Below, in pieces: positions 47,557-58,831 of a stretch of DNA of 64,000 bases; the first letter of the stretch is position 1, and each line of letters opens with the position of its first letter. The stretch lies in contig OY970309.1 of the NCBI GenBank assembly GCA_963716395.1, positions 32,001-96,000 of the forward strand. Reading direction: 5' to 3'. Made by a program: the position numbers and the translations under genes. The stretch comes from an uncultured Fibrobacteria bacterium (GTDB lineage: Bacteria; Fibrobacterota; Fibrobacteria; UBA11236). The notes below the pieces were generated by a model, which was not told where the DNA came from, did no database searches, and saw only the letters and a list, made by a program, of their open reading frames with translations.

Positions 47557-49704
47557 TCAGCGGCCGGGCGGCGCCAGCACGATGCGCGCGTCGGCCACCT
47601 TGGCTCCCTGCTCCAGCGCAAAGAGCGGGTTGATATCGACCGCTTCGATTTCCGGGAAATCGATCATCAATTGCGACAGCCGCAACAAGGCGTCGCGCAA
47701 AGCCCCGCGATCGCGGGCGGGCGCATTGCGGAAGCGGTTCAGCACGGCCGCGGCCCGAATGCCCGCGATCATTTCGTCGGCGTCGCGGGACCGCAGCGGT
47801 GCGCGGCGGAAGCGCACGTCGCCGACGGCCTCGACCTGGGTTCCGCCCAAACCGAACATGAGCAACGGTCCGAAACGCGCATGGCGGCTGGCGCCGATGA
47901 TGGTTTCCACGCCTCCCGAAACCATTTCCTGCACCCACACGCCCAACACGCGCGCTTCCGGGCGATAGCTTGCGGCATTGGCCAGCAGCCGATCAAAAGC
48001 CTCTTCCAGTTCCTGCGCATCGCGAACGCCGATCACCACGCCCTTGGCCTCGGACTTGTGCAAGATCTCATGGGAATAGATCTTCGCCGCCACGGGAAAG
48101 GTCAGGCCGCCGGCCAGAGATTTCACCGCGGTGCGATCGCCGACGACTTTTCCGGCGGCCAGGGAAAAACCGTAGGCCTGCAGCACGTGCTGGCTTTCGG
48201 GTTCGCCCAAGGTAGTGCGGCCCTCTTTGCGCACCTGCCGGAATACTTCGGCGGCGGCGTCCCGGTCGACCGCCAACGGCTGGATGCCGTTCGTTTTGGC
48301 GGTTCGGCGGCGCTCCGTGTGCCGCAAAGCCGCCGACAAGGCCGACACGGCGTTTTCCGCAAAAGCATACAGGGGAATTCCCGCGCTTTCGGAAATGCGG
48401 TGCACCGAAGAGCGCGGATCGAAATCGGCGAACACCGCCACCAACGTCACACCGCGGGCCGCCGCCCGCGGCGCCCGTTCCGCCAATGCCCGGGCCATGC
48501 CTTCCATGTCGGTCATGGCCTGGGGCGTACACAAGACCAGCACGGCGTCGGCCTCGCCGGAGGCGAAGAGGATGTCCAGCGCGCTTCCGAAGCGCCGCGC
48601 ATCGGCATCGCCCAAGACATCGATGGGATTGGAAAGGCCGGCTTCGGACGGCAGCGCCTGCGCCAGCGCCGCTTTCAATGCGGGTGCGGGCTCGGATAAT
48701 TGCAGGCCGCAGCGTTCGGCGGCGTCGGCCGCCAGAATACCCGGGCCGCCGGCATTGGTCACCACGCACAGGCGCGGGCCGCGCGGCGCCGGCTGCCGGC
48801 CCAGGCAAATTGCGGCGTCGAACATTTTTTCCAGCGAGGTCATGCGCAAGACCCCGTATTGTTGGCAGACATCGTCGAGGAATTCGGCGCGTTCGGCCAG
48901 GGCGCCGGTATGCGAAGCCGAGGCGCGCCGCCCGCTGCGGCCGTCTCCGGCTTTGAGCAGCAGCACGGGCCTGGCCTCGGGACCGGAGGTGATGTTGTCG
49001 GCGAGTTCAAAGAAGGCGCCGGGGTCGCGGAAATCCTCCAGGTAGCCGAGAATCACCCGCACCGCGGGATCGGCGGCCATGGCCCGTAACGCGTGGGTTT
49101 CGTCGAGCACGGCTTTGTTTCCCAGGGATACGAAACGATCCATGCCGATTTCATGCGCGGCCGCGAATTCCAGGGCGTATACGCCCAGGGCCCCGCTTTG
49201 CGAGAAAAAGGAAATGTTCCCGGGTTTGGGAATGCGTTTGGCGAAGGTGGCGTTGAGGCCGACGAGGGGATCGGTGTTGAACAGCCCCAGGCAATTGGGG
49301 CCGAGCAAGGCCAGATGGTGGGTGTGCGCTAAGGCCTGCAGCGCCTCTTCGCGGGCCCGGCCTTCGGGTCCGCATTCCTTGAACCCGGCCGAAATCACCA
49401 CCACCCCGCGCACCCCTTTGCGGCCGCAGGCGGCGACCACGGTGGCCACAGCCGCGGCGGGCACGATGACGACGGCCAAATCCACGGGGGCGGGAATTTC
49501 CTCCACCGCGGCATAGCACCGGACTCCGAGAATGGAAGCCGCCTTGGGATTCACCGGATACAGGCTGCCCGTGAATCCGTTTTTCACATTGGCGAACAGG
49601 GCGCGGCCCACGCTGTTGGGCCGCTCCGAGGCACCGATCACGGCCACGCTTTTGGGCCGCAACAGCACGGCCAAATCAAGTTCCGGCGGCGGCACGTCTT
49701 TCAT
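47557..49704 (-). CDS. ADP-forming acetate/acyl-CoA ligase (fused alpha-beta)
   Basis: PKSVAVIGAS, GPNCLG, SQSGALG, SLGNKA, ASHTGALA phospho-His, NAGGPGI, ATP-grasp HKSEAKGV, DINPL; no GNAT domain. Confidence 0.88.
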   Translation of the reverse strand: MKDVPPPELDLAVLLRPKSVAVIGASERPNSVGRALFANVKNGFTGSLYPVNPKAASILGVRCYAAVEEIPAPVDLAVVIVPAAAVATVVAACGRKGVRGVVVISAGFKECGPEGRAREEALQALAHTHHLALLGPNCLGLFNTDPLVGLNATFAKRIPKPGNISFFSQSGALGVYALEFAAAHEIGMDRFVSLGNKAVLDETHALRAMAADPAVRVILGYLEDFRDPGAFFELADNITSGPEARPVLLLKAGDGRSGRRASASHTGALAERAEFLDDVCQQYGVLRMTSLEKMFDAAICLGRQPAPRGPRLCVVTNAGGPGILAADAAERCGLQLSEPAPALKAALAQALPSEAGLSNPIDVLGDADARRFGSALDILFASGEADAVLVLCTPQAMTDMEGMARALAERAPRAAARGVTLVAVFADFDPRSSVHRISESAGIPLYAFAENAVSALSAALRHTERRRTAKTNGIQPLAVDRDAAAEVFRQVRKEGRTTLGEPESQHVLQAYGFSLAAGKVVGDRTAVKSLAGGLTFPVAAKIYSHEILHKSEAKGVVIGVRDAQELEEAFDRLLANAASYRPEARVLGVWVQEMVSGGVETIIGASRHARFGPLLMFGLGGTQVEAVGDVRFRRAPLRSRDADEMIAGIRAAAVLNRFRNAPARDRGALRDALLRLSQLMIDFPEIEAVDINPLFALEQGAKVADARIVLAPPGR

Positions 49705-49831
49705 CTCGTCTTAATAATAGATGCCGCGCTGGGGTGCGGCCGGCGAACGTACCCAAGGAACCACTCCGCAGGCAACTTCGTACCGGCCGCTCTCGATCCC
49801 GGGTTGTTCGCGCCGGTGAAACGCATGCCGG

Positions 49832-52207
49832 TTAGGACTCGGCGGCCACCATGTTTTCCATGCCCTTGAACAGAGCGTCGGGATTGAAAGAAATACTGTG
49901 GATGCCTTCGCCCACCAGAAAGCGCGCGAAGTCGGCATGATCGCTGGGCGCCTGGCCGCACAGTCCGATCTTCTTGCCGCATTGCCGCGCCGTGCGGATG
50001 GCGCGGGCGATCAACTCCAGCACCGCCGGATTGCGTTCGCTGAACAGGGGGCTGACCAGGGCCGAATCGCGATCCAACCCCAAGGTGAGTTGCGTCAAAT
50101 CATTCGAGCCGATGGAGAACCCGTCGAAATGCTCGGCGAAATCCCGCATCAACAGCACATTGCTGGGAATTTCCACCATCACATACAGTTCCAATCCATT
50201 CTCGCCGCGGCGCAGGCCGTTGGCCGCCATTTCCGCCTCGACCTTGGCGGCCTCTTCCACGGTGCGGCAGAAGGGGATCATGAGCTTGACATTAGTAAGC
50301 CCCATCTCGTCGCGCACTTTTTTCATGGCCGCGCATTCGAGCTTGAATCCGTCGCGGTACAGCGGATGGGTATAGCGCGAGGCCCCGCGAAAACCGAGCA
50401 TGGGATTTTCCTCGTCGGGTTCGAATTGCCTGCCGCCCAACAGGTTGGCGTATTCGTTGGATTTGAAATCGCTCATGCGCACGATCACCTCGCGCGGATG
50501 GAACGCCGCAGCGATGGTGGCCACGGCTTCGGCCAATTTGTCGACGAAGTAGGCGGGCTTGTCGGCATAGCCGGCCGTGAGTTTGCGGATTTCATCTTTG
50601 GCCGGCCCTTCCGCAAGTTCCGTCCAGCGGGCCAGGGCCACGGGGTGGATGCGGATGGCGTTGTTGATGATGAATTCCAGGCGCATGAGACCGATGCCGT
50701 CGCTGGGCCATTCCGCTAGGCTGAAGGCCTTCTCGGGATCGCCGAGAATGAGCATGGCCTGGGTCTTGGGCTTGACCATGTGGCTCCAATCGGTTTCGGC
50801 CACGGTAAAGGGCAGACTGCCTTCGTAGACATAGCCGGTTTCGCCTTCGGCGCAGGAGACGGTGACGGTGCGGCCATCTTCGATGATGGCGGTGGCGTTT
50901 CCGGTGCCCACCAAGGCGGTGAGGCCGAGTTCGCGGGCCACGATGGCCGCATGGCTGGTGCGGCCTCCCTTGTCGGTGACGATGGCCGCGGCCTTCTTCA
51001 TAATGGGATCCCAGTCGGGATTGGTGATGCCCGTAATGAGCACCTCGCCGGGATTCAGCAAGTCGGCCTGGGAGGGCGAACTCAGCCGCCGCGCCGGGCC
51101 CGCGGCGATTTGTTCGCCTACCGCGATGCCCTGGACCAACACCTGGCCGCGTTTTTCCAGAGTATAGGTGCGATGCGCGCGCTTCTGTCGCGCCCCCGCA
51201 TGCACGGTTTCGGGCCGCGCCTGCACGATGAACAGTTCCGAGCTGGCGCCGTCTTTGGCCCATTCGATGTCCATGGGCCGGCCGTAATGCGCTTCGATGC
51301 GCAGCGACCAGCGCGCCAACTTGAGGATTTCGGCCTCGGTCAGGATGAACCGGCCGCGGCGTTCCGCATCGGTATCGGTGTTCACCGTGGTTTCGGCCTT
51401 CCCCGCGGCGTAGATCATGGTTTTTTCCTTGGCGCCCAGTTGGCGCGCCACGATGGCATTTTTGCCGGCCTGCAAGCCGGCCTTGAATACCGTAAACTGA
51501 TCCGGCGTCACGCTGCCCTGCACCACGTTCTCGCCCAATCCCCAAGAACCCGTGATTACTATCACATTAGTGTTTCCGGATTCGGGTTCCAAGGTGAAAC
51601 CCACGCCCGCGCAGGCCAAATCGCTGCGCACCATCTGCTGCACGCCCACCGAGACCGCCACCCGCAGGGAATCGAAGCCGTTGTCGGCGCGGTAGCGGAT
51701 GGCGCGATCGGTAAAGAGCGAGGCGAAGCAGCGCCGGCAGGCGTCGAGCAAGGCCTCTTCGCCGGCGATGTTGAGATAACTCTCCATCTGGCCCGCGAAG
51801 CTGGCGTCGGGAAGATCCTCGGCCGTGGCGCTGCTGCGCACGGCCACCGTGCTGCGCGTCGAGGTGCGGCCGAGTAGCCGGGCATGGGCCGAAAGAATTT
51901 CCCGCCGCAATTCGGGCGGCCATTCGCCTTTCAGAATTTCATTGCGGGCGCGCCGGCCCACCTCGTGCAAATTGTTAAACGCCGCATCGAGGGATCCCAA
52001 AATCCGGGCCAATTCGCGATCGCAACCGTTATGCGCCAAAAACCGGCGATAGGCGGCGGAGGTGATGGCGAAGCCATCGGGCACGCCGATGCCTTCGCTG
52101 CGGAGGTGATTGAACATTTCGCCCAGCGAGGCGTTTTTTCCACCCACCTCGGGCACCATCTGCATGCCGATTTGGGAAAAATCCAGGATTAAAGTTTGCT
52201 CTACCAT
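49832..52207 (-). CDS. ppsA: Phosphoenolpyruvate synthase
   Basis: [63 protein letters not shown]. Confidence 0.96.
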   Translation of the reverse strand: MVEQTLILDFSQIGMQMVPEVGGKNASLGEMFNHLRSEGIGVPDGFAITSAAYRRFLAHNGCDRELARILGSLDAAFNNLHEVGRRARNEILKGEWPPELRREILSAHARLLGRTSTRSTVAVRSSATAEDLPDASFAGQMESYLNIAGEEALLDACRRCFASLFTDRAIRYRADNGFDSLRVAVSVGVQQMVRSDLACAGVGFTLEPESGNTNVIVITGSWGLGENVVQGSVTPDQFTVFKAGLQAGKNAIVARQLGAKEKTMIYAAGKAETTVNTDTDAERRGRFILTEAEILKLARWSLRIEAHYGRPMDIEWAKDGASSELFIVQARPETVHAGARQKRAHRTYTLEKRGQVLVQGIAVGEQIAAGPARRLSSPSQADLLNPGEVLITGITNPDWDPIMKKAAAIVTDKGGRTSHAAIVARELGLTALVGTGNATAIIEDGRTVTVSCAEGETGYVYEGSLPFTVAETDWSHMVKPKTQAMLILGDPEKAFSLAEWPSDGIGLMRLEFIINNAIRIHPVALARWTELAEGPAKDEIRKLTAGYADKPAYFVDKLAEAVATIAAAFHPREVIVRMSDFKSNEYANLLGGRQFEPDEENPMLGFRGASRYTHPLYRDGFKLECAAMKKVRDEMGLTNVKLMIPFCRTVEEAAKVEAEMAANGLRRGENGLELYVMVEIPSNVLLMRDFAEHFDGFSIGSNDLTQLTLGLDRDSALVSPLFSERNPAVLELIARAIRTARQCGKKIGLCGQAPSDHADFARFLVGEGIHSISFNPDALFKGMENMVAAES

Positions 52208-52303
52208 GGTATGGTTCTCCTGCGTCCAAAGAAGCGCAAAAAGAGGACCACGGCATTTCGCGGTTGCCGAGGCCGGTAACCGCGAAAATTCAGGCAATTG
52301 TTT

Positions 52304-53335
52304 TTAGGCCGGGATTTTTTCGGTCGAGGTCAATTCCGGGGGTGCCGGAATTTTGACACGACCTTGCCAAGAAGTCAAAACCGGACCCAGCACGACCGGC
52401 GCCACCACCTCACCGCGTCCGTCGGCGAGAATGCGCCGTGGTACAGGCTTGAGATCCCAAATCCATCCCAACCCGGACATGGCTTTGAGGACATAATAGG
52501 TGAGGTCGATTTCCCACCAATAAAATCCCTGCCGCGTGCTGTTGGGATAATGGTGGTGGTTGTTGTGCCAGCCTTCGCCCATGGTGAGCAGCGCGAGCCA
52601 GAAATTATTCCGGCTGGTGTCGCTGGTGGAAAAACGCCGTGACCCGAACACATGCGCCAGCGAATTGATGGTGGCCACGCCGTGGAACAGCGCCACGGTG
52701 GAAATGACGAAGCCCCATTCGAGCATTTGCGGTCCGGTGGTGTGCAGCCCCGGCGCCCAGCGGTGCAATGCCACGCCCAAGGCATAGGTGAATGCCCCCA
52801 AAGCCATTGGCGCCACGCAGTCGAAGCGATTGAGAAAAACCAATTCGGGAAACTTGGCGAAGTCTTTGATGAGGTGAAGACGCGTCGGCACGTTCCGGAC
52901 CCGTCCCCACCACAAAATATGGCTGTTCCAGAATCCGGTCCGGGTCGGCGAATGCGGATCTTCGGGCGTATCCGAAGCCGCATGGTGATGGCGGTGATGC
53001 GCCGCCCACCACAGGGCGCCGCGCTGCGCCGACGTATTGCCCAGAAAAGCCAGGCAAAATTGCCCGAAGCGCGAGGTTTTATAGGTGCGATGCGAAAAGT
53101 AGCGGTGGTAGGCGCCGGTGATGCCGAACATGCGGACGAAGTACAGGGCCACGGCCACGGCGACCGCCACCGGGCTCACGCCCGTCCAGAACACCAGCAG
53201 TACCGTGGCATTGAGGATGAGAAAAGGCCAGGGCGCCTTCCACACCCGGCCGGCCGCGCCGGTAGGCACGTCTTCCGGCCGGAATTGATGGGAATCGATG
53301 CGCGCGATCAGCTTTTTCGCAACCTGCATTAACAT
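52304..53335 (-). CDS. Acyl-CoA/acyl-lipid delta-9 desaturase
   Basis: His boxes HRYFSH, HRHHH, GEGWHNNHH; DPHSP. Confidence 0.92.
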   Translation of the reverse strand: MLMQVAKKLIARIDSHQFRPEDVPTGAAGRVWKAPWPFLILNATVLLVFWTGVSPVAVAVAVALYFVRMFGITGAYHRYFSHRTYKTSRFGQFCLAFLGNTSAQRGALWWAAHHRHHHAASDTPEDPHSPTRTGFWNSHILWWGRVRNVPTRLHLIKDFAKFPELVFLNRFDCVAPMALGAFTYALGVALHRWAPGLHTTGPQMLEWGFVISTVALFHGVATINSLAHVFGSRRFSTSDTSRNNFWLALLTMGEGWHNNHHHYPNSTRQGFYWWEIDLTYYVLKAMSGLGWIWDLKPVPRRILADGRGEVVAPVVLGPVLTSWQGRVKIPAPPELTSTEKIPA

Positions 53336-53435
53336 GTTCCAGACCTCCTTCGCGCCCGCTGGTCAGGGGTAACCGCGGCGGGACACCCTCATTAAACACA
53401 TCTTTTCGGATTTCGGAAAGGAGCGTAGCGCAAAG

Positions 53436-53471
53436 GTTACAGGATTTTACAGACTGACAATCCTTTACAGG
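53436..53471 (-). promoter_or_regulatory. Tandem direct-repeat boxes upstream of the desaturase
   Basis: Minus strand CTGTAA-N4-TTGTCA-GT-CTGTAA-N4-CTGTAA (two pairs with a 10-bp period). Confidence 0.45.
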
Positions 53472-53621
53472 CCGCTGCCAGCGCGGTTAATCCGGTGCGG
53501 TGGGCCGCACGGCGAAATGCCTGTGAACGAGTTACGGCACACGGAACAACGCCCCGTGTTCGTAGAGGGGGGGGATCGGAATTGAAAGGGAACAAAGCCG
53601 CGGGCTGTGGTCGCGCTATCG

Positions 53622-55757
53622 CTATTCGACCCGCTTATTGGCGTTGGACGAGTATTTCTTGATCAACTCTTCGCCCACGTTCTTCGGCACCGGGGCATAG
53701 CGCAGAAATTCCATGGTGAACTCGGCCTTGCCCTGGGTGGCCGAACGCAAATCCGTGGCGTAGCCGAACATTTCGGCCAGCGGCACATCGGCCTGCACCA
53801 CGGTAAAATTCATTTCTTCCGTGCTGCCGGTGATCATGCCGCGCTTCTGATTGATCTGACCCAGCACCGTGCCCTGGAACTCGGTGGGCGCCGACACTTC
53901 GAGCTTCATAATGGGTTCGAGGATGATGGGCTTGGCTTTCTGATACGCCTCGCGGAAGCCTCCGCGGGATGCCAATTGAAAGGCGATGTCGCTGGAATCG
54001 ACCGGATGCATTTGCCCGTCGTTGATGGTGCAACGCACGCGCACGATGGGAAATCCGATCAGCGCTCCGCTCGACAGGCAGGCCTGGAATCCCTTGTCGC
54101 ACGAGGGGATGAATTCGCGCGGAATCACGCCGCCCACGATGTCGTCGACGAATTCGTAATCCTTGCCCTCTTCCTCGGGCATGGGCTCGATGTACCCGGC
54201 CACGCGCGCATATTGGCCCGACCCGCCGGTCTGCTTTTTGTGGGTGTAGTTGAATTCGGTTTTCTGCTGAATGGTTTCGCGGTAGGCGACCTGCGGGCGG
54301 CCCGTAGTAAGTTCCACGCCGTATTCGCGGCGCATGCGTTCGATGTACACGTCGAGATGCAATTCGCCCATGCCCGAGACGATGGTTTGGCCGCTTTCTT
54401 CGTCGAGTTTGACGCGAAAGGTCGGGTCTTCTTTGGTGAAGCGGTTCAGGGCTTTCGACAGGTTGGCCAGGTGATCGCGGTTCTTGGCCTCGATCACCAA
54501 ATCGATGACGGGATTGGGCACGTGCATGGAGGTCATGTTCACCTCCAGGGAGCCGTCGGTGAAGGTGGTGCCGGTGGCGCAGTCGATGCCGAACAGGGCC
54601 ACGATATCGCCGGCTTCGGCCGCGGTGATGTCGTGCATTTCATTAGCGTGCATGCGCACCAAGCGGCCCACGTTGTGTTTCTTCTTCGTGGTCATGTTGT
54701 AGATGGGCTTACCCTTTTCCACCTTGCCCTGGTACACGCGAATATAGGTGAGCTGGCCGAAACGTCCTTCTTCAAGTTTGAAAGCGTAGCCCACGAAGGG
54801 CTTGGACGCATCGGAAATCATTTCGAGCCGTTCCTCGTCCTTGGTGGAAATGTCGAGGGCATAGTTGGACACGTCGTACGGGCTGGGCAGAAAATCGGCC
54901 ACGCCGTCGAGCAACAATTGCACGCCCTTGTTCTTGAAGGCCGATCCCATGAACACGGGTGTCACCTGCATCTTGATGGTCACGTCGCGGATCACGCTTT
55001 TCAGAAATTCCAGCGGAATTTCTTTTTCTTCGAGAATCAGTTCGGTGAGTTCGTCGGAGAAATTCGACAGGTTGTCGAGCAGCATGGTGCGGCGTTCCTG
55101 CGCCAGTTGCTTCAGATCGTCGGGAATCTCCTTGACTTCAATCTCCTCGCCGCTGGCGCCCCGGAAATAATAGGCCTGCATGGTCAAAAGGTCGACGAGA
55201 CCTTCGTGCTTGTCTTCCAGGCCGATGGGGATCTGCACCATCACGGCGTTGTGGTTCAACTTGTCGCGCAACTGCTCGGTGACGCGGAACGGGTTGGCGC
55301 CGGAGCGATCGAGTTTGTTGATGAAGGCCAGACGCGGCACATTGTAGCGGCGCATCTGCCGGTCGACGGTGATCGATTGCGATTGCACGCCCGAGACCCC
55401 GCATAAAACCAGGATGGCGCCGTCGAGTACGCGCAGGCTGCGCTCGACTTCGATGGTGAAGTCGACATGCCCAGGGGTGTCGATGATATTGATGTCGGTG
55501 ACCTTGGCCTCTTCCGGTTTCAGGTAATACGGGCGTTTCGCCCATTGCACGCGCGTGCAGGCCGACTGGATGGTGATGCCGCGCTCGCGCTCCAAATCCA
55601 TGAAATCCATGGTGGCGCCCACGCCGTCTTTTCCCTTGACCTCGTGGATTTTGTGGATGATGCCGGTGTAGAAAAGTACGCGCTCGGTCAGGGTGGTTTT
55701 GCCCGAGTCGATATGGGCGCTGATGCCGATATTGCGAAGGTTGTCCAAAGGTCTCAT
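53622..55757 (-). CDS. fusA: Elongation factor G
   Basis: [53 protein letters not shown]. Confidence 0.96.
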   Translation of the reverse strand: MRPLDNLRNIGISAHIDSGKTTLTERVLFYTGIIHKIHEVKGKDGVGATMDFMDLERERGITIQSACTRVQWAKRPYYLKPEEAKVTDINIIDTPGHVDFTIEVERSLRVLDGAILVLCGVSGVQSQSITVDRQMRRYNVPRLAFINKLDRSGANPFRVTEQLRDKLNHNAVMVQIPIGLEDKHEGLVDLLTMQAYYFRGASGEEIEVKEIPDDLKQLAQERRTMLLDNLSNFSDELTELILEEKEIPLEFLKSVIRDVTIKMQVTPVFMGSAFKNKGVQLLLDGVADFLPSPYDVSNYALDISTKDEERLEMISDASKPFVGYAFKLEEGRFGQLTYIRVYQGKVEKGKPIYNMTTKKKHNVGRLVRMHANEMHDITAAEAGDIVALFGIDCATGTTFTDGSLEVNMTSMHVPNPVIDLVIEAKNRDHLANLSKALNRFTKEDPTFRVKLDEESGQTIVSGMGELHLDVYIERMRREYGVELTTGRPQVAYRETIQQKTEFNYTHKKQTGGSGQYARVAGYIEPMPEEEGKDYEFVDDIVGGVIPREFIPSCDKGFQACLSSGALIGFPIVRVRCTINDGQMHPVDSSDIAFQLASRGGFREAYQKAKPIILEPIMKLEVSAPTEFQGTVLGQINQKRGMITGSTEEMNFTVVQADVPLAEMFGYATDLRSATQGKAEFTMEFLRYAPVPKNVGEELIKKYSSNANKRVE

Positions 55758-55863
55758 CGTAATCCCAACCGGTCCAAAAAGTGAAAGCCATTCCGCGGCG
55801 CCCCGGAGTCGGACCGTCTCCGCGCAAAAAACGAGCGGGAAATTTACTAAACCGGCAGGAGGC

Positions 55864-56466
55864 TTACAAGGTGGCGAACGGCGGCTCGGCTTTTTCAGCC
55901 GCCTTGGCGCGCAAAACCTCCATCAGGCGGTCGCCGACGTGGTAGCGCCTTTCCATCAATTCCAGGATTCGCTTGAGATCGCCGATCTCTTCCTCGGCCA
56001 AAATGTTCAGCGGATCCAGTATTCCCTGCAAAAAGCCGTCGCGCTCCGGGCTTTGGGTTTGCAGCCGGCGCAACCGGTCGCGATACAAACGGATTTTGAT
56101 GTCGGTATCGACCCGCTTGCGCAGAAAATGCGCCAAGGTGGCCATTTCTTCGAGAAAATGGTTGAGTACGATTTCTTCTTCCAGCACGCCGTGCACCGGG
56201 TCATGGCGGTAGCGATCGACGTAGCGCCGGCGCAACCCCCGCACCGCCTCCGAAGCGTATTCGCAGGCGGCTTCGAGTTCGGTGATCAAGGCGTCGAGCC
56301 CGTGCAGCAATTCACGCGGCAGGGGCGGGCTCGAAGGAAACAGGGCTTCTGCCTGGCGAAAGCGCACGCGGGCGCGATCATAGGCCTCGTTGCGGATCCG
56401 GCACAGAAAAGGACGATTGCGCAGGAAGGCGTTGACCGGGGGGCGAGCGGCGGCTTCGGAAGTCAT
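55864..56466 (-). CDS. Hypothetical alpha-helical protein
   Basis: Starts about 12 nt after the rel stop on the same strand; Leu/Glu/Arg-rich helical composition. Confidence 0.62.
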   Translation of the reverse strand: MTSEAAARPPVNAFLRNRPFLCRIRNEAYDRARVRFRQAEALFPSSPPLPRELLHGLDALITELEAACEYASEAVRGLRRRYVDRYRHDPVHGVLEEEIVLNHFLEEMATLAHFLRKRVDTDIKIRLYRDRLRRLQTQSPERDGFLQGILDPLNILAEEEIGDLKRILELMERRYHVGDRLMEVLRAKAAEKAEPPFATL

Positions 56467-56478
56467 ACCAAAACCCAC

Positions 56479-58752
56479 CTACGCGCCGGTTTGACGCCGG
56501 CTCACCGCGGTGACGCCGGGTACTTTTCGCATCCTATCCATGGCTTCTTCCAACTGATCCAAATCCTTGACCTGGATGCGAAAGCGATTGCGCACCTGAT
56601 CGCGCAAGGTGACGATGGTGCCGCGCTCCACGTTGACGCCGCCCTGGGCGAAGACGTCGGTGATGTCGCCGAGCAGGCCGGTGCGGTCGCGGGCCAGGAT
56701 TTCGAGATTGGCGTCGAACACCTGATCGGCTTCGGAGCGCCATTCCACGGGAATGCTGCGCTCCTTATCCTGCAACAGCCGCTGGCCTTCGGGACAATTG
56801 GCCCGGTGCACCGACACCCCGCGGCCGCGGGTCACGTAGCCGATGATGCGGTCGCCGGGAACCGGCTGGCAGCAGGTGGCGAAGCGAATGAGCATGTTGT
56901 TCATGCCGGACACCAACACGGCCGAATCGGCGGCCTTGGGGTGCCGCCGGAAGCCGATGCGCCGCAGCATGGACGGTTTGGTGCGATTCGGGTTGAGCTC
57001 CTGCACCACGGCCGCCACCGCGCCCAAAGTGAACTCGCCATGGCCGATTTTCTCCCACAGCACCTCCCAACTGGGCACGCCGAACTTGGCGGTAAAGGGC
57101 TTGAGATCATTTTGTTTGTCGGCGGGCACGCGCGCCTGGCGAAATTCGCGGCCGAGGATTTCGCGGCCGAGTTGGATGCTGTGCGCCGCCTCCTCGCTCC
57201 GCAGCCAGCGGCGGATGGCGTGCTTGGCCTTGGTGGTGACCACGATGGAAAGCCAGTCCTTGGACGGGTGCTGTGAATCCGACTTGAGGATCTCGACCCG
57301 TTCGCCGGTTTGCAACACGCGATGCAGCGGCACCACGTTGCCGTCGACCTTGGCGCCGATGCAGCGTAGCCCCAATCCCGAATGCAGGGCGAAGGCGAAA
57401 TCCAAGGCGGTGGCGCCCTTGGGCAATTGCAGCAGATCGCCCTTGGGGGTGAATACGAACACCTCTCCCGGCGCCAGATCGCGGCGGAAGTCTTCCATGA
57501 ATTCCGACGAATCGGTGATGTCCTGCTGCCACTCAAGCAATTGCTTCAGCCACTTGTTCTCGCGGCCGATCTCCTGGGGCGAAAACCCCCGCTTGTAACC
57601 CCAATGCGCCGCGATGCCCTTTTCGGCCACCAGGTCCATCTCCTCGGTGCGGATCTGGATCTCCAGGGTTTTGCCGCCGGGGCCGATGACCGTGGTGTGC
57701 AGGCTCTGGTACATGTTCGACTTGGGCGTGGCGATGTAATCCTTGAAGCGCGACTGCAGCGGCGTCCACAGCGAATGCATGACGCCCAGCACGGCGTAAC
57801 AGTCGGCCACGCTTTTCACGATGATGCGCAGGGCGTGCAAATCGTAGATGTCTTCAAACTGGCAGCCGCGGTTCTGCATCTTCTGCCAGATGCTGTACAA
57901 ATGCTTGGGCCGTCCGTAGACGCGCGCCTCCACTTCGGCGTGGGCCAGCGCCTCTTTGGCCGGGGCGATGACGCTGCGGATGTACTCTTCGCGCTCCTGG
58001 CGCTTCTCCACCACCTTGCGCACCAGGCCCTTGTAGGCGTCGGAGTTGAGGTGCTTGAAGGCCAGGTCTTCCAGTTCCCATTTGATTTGGCCGAGGCCGA
58101 AGCGGTGGGCCAAGGGCGCATACACCTCGAGGGTTTCGGCGGCGATGTCGCGGCGACGCTCCTCTTTGCCGTGGTAATTGAGGGTGCGCATGTTGTGCAG
58201 CCGGTCGGCGAACTTGATCATGATGACGCGGATGTCCTTGGCCAGGCTCACCATCATCTTGCGGAACGTCTCGGCCTGCTGCTCGGCGCGCGACTTGCTT
58301 TGGATGGCCGAGATCTTGGTCACGGCTTCGACCAGAAAGGCCACTTCTTCGCCGAACTCCTGCCGCACTTCCTGAATGCCGTGGCCGGTGTCTTCCACCA
58401 CGTCATGCAACAGGCCGGCCACGATGGTCACCGTATCCATGTTGAGATCGGCCAGGAGTTTCGCCACCTCGAAGGGATGCTCGGCATAGGGCATGCCCGA
58501 ATAGCGGAACTGGTTTTTGTGCGCCAGCACGGTGAAGTCGATGGCCTTGCGCAAGAGCGCCTCGTCGAAATCGGCATAGCGATCGCGGATGTAGGCCAGC
58601 AGGTTGTCCTTGGCGCGATCGAGGCTGCGCTCGATTTCCGGCGGCTTCATCGGCTCTTCGACCGGATGCGGGGCGGCGGGATCGGCGACCAGAACCGGCG
58701 GGGGCAGATCGGGAACGCCCGTAAGGCCTGGGGAATCCGGCGAGGGAGACAT
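56479..58752 (-). CDS. spoT: Bifunctional (p)ppGpp synthetase/hydrolase (Rel/SpoT)
   Basis: HD motif LLHDVVED, KFADRLHNMRTL, GRPKH, RFKDYIA, YQSLHT, EIQIRT, TGS, CCQPVPGD, ACT domain. Confidence 0.94.
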   Translation of the reverse strand: MSPSPDSPGLTGVPDLPPPVLVADPAAPHPVEEPMKPPEIERSLDRAKDNLLAYIRDRYADFDEALLRKAIDFTVLAHKNQFRYSGMPYAEHPFEVAKLLADLNMDTVTIVAGLLHDVVEDTGHGIQEVRQEFGEEVAFLVEAVTKISAIQSKSRAEQQAETFRKMMVSLAKDIRVIMIKFADRLHNMRTLNYHGKEERRRDIAAETLEVYAPLAHRFGLGQIKWELEDLAFKHLNSDAYKGLVRKVVEKRQEREEYIRSVIAPAKEALAHAEVEARVYGRPKHLYSIWQKMQNRGCQFEDIYDLHALRIIVKSVADCYAVLGVMHSLWTPLQSRFKDYIATPKSNMYQSLHTTVIGPGGKTLEIQIRTEEMDLVAEKGIAAHWGYKRGFSPQEIGRENKWLKQLLEWQQDITDSSEFMEDFRRDLAPGEVFVFTPKGDLLQLPKGATALDFAFALHSGLGLRCIGAKVDGNVVPLHRVLQTGERVEILKSDSQHPSKDWLSIVVTTKAKHAIRRWLRSEEAAHSIQLGREILGREFRQARVPADKQNDLKPFTAKFGVPSWEVLWEKIGHGEFTLGAVAAVVQELNPNRTKPSMLRRIGFRRHPKAADSAVLVSGMNNMLIRFATCCQPVPGDRIIGYVTRGRGVSVHRANCPEGQRLLQDKERSIPVEWRSEADQVFDANLEILARDRTGLLGDITDVFAQGGVNVERGTIVTLRDQVRNRFRIQVKDLDQLEEAMDRMRKVPGVTAVSRRQTGA

Positions 58753-58831
58753 GCCGTTAACTTAACACCGGACCGATCCGAAGTCCATGCACGACCCAAA
58801 TCCCAGGATTTCGGGTGCGCGCGGCCGGGAT

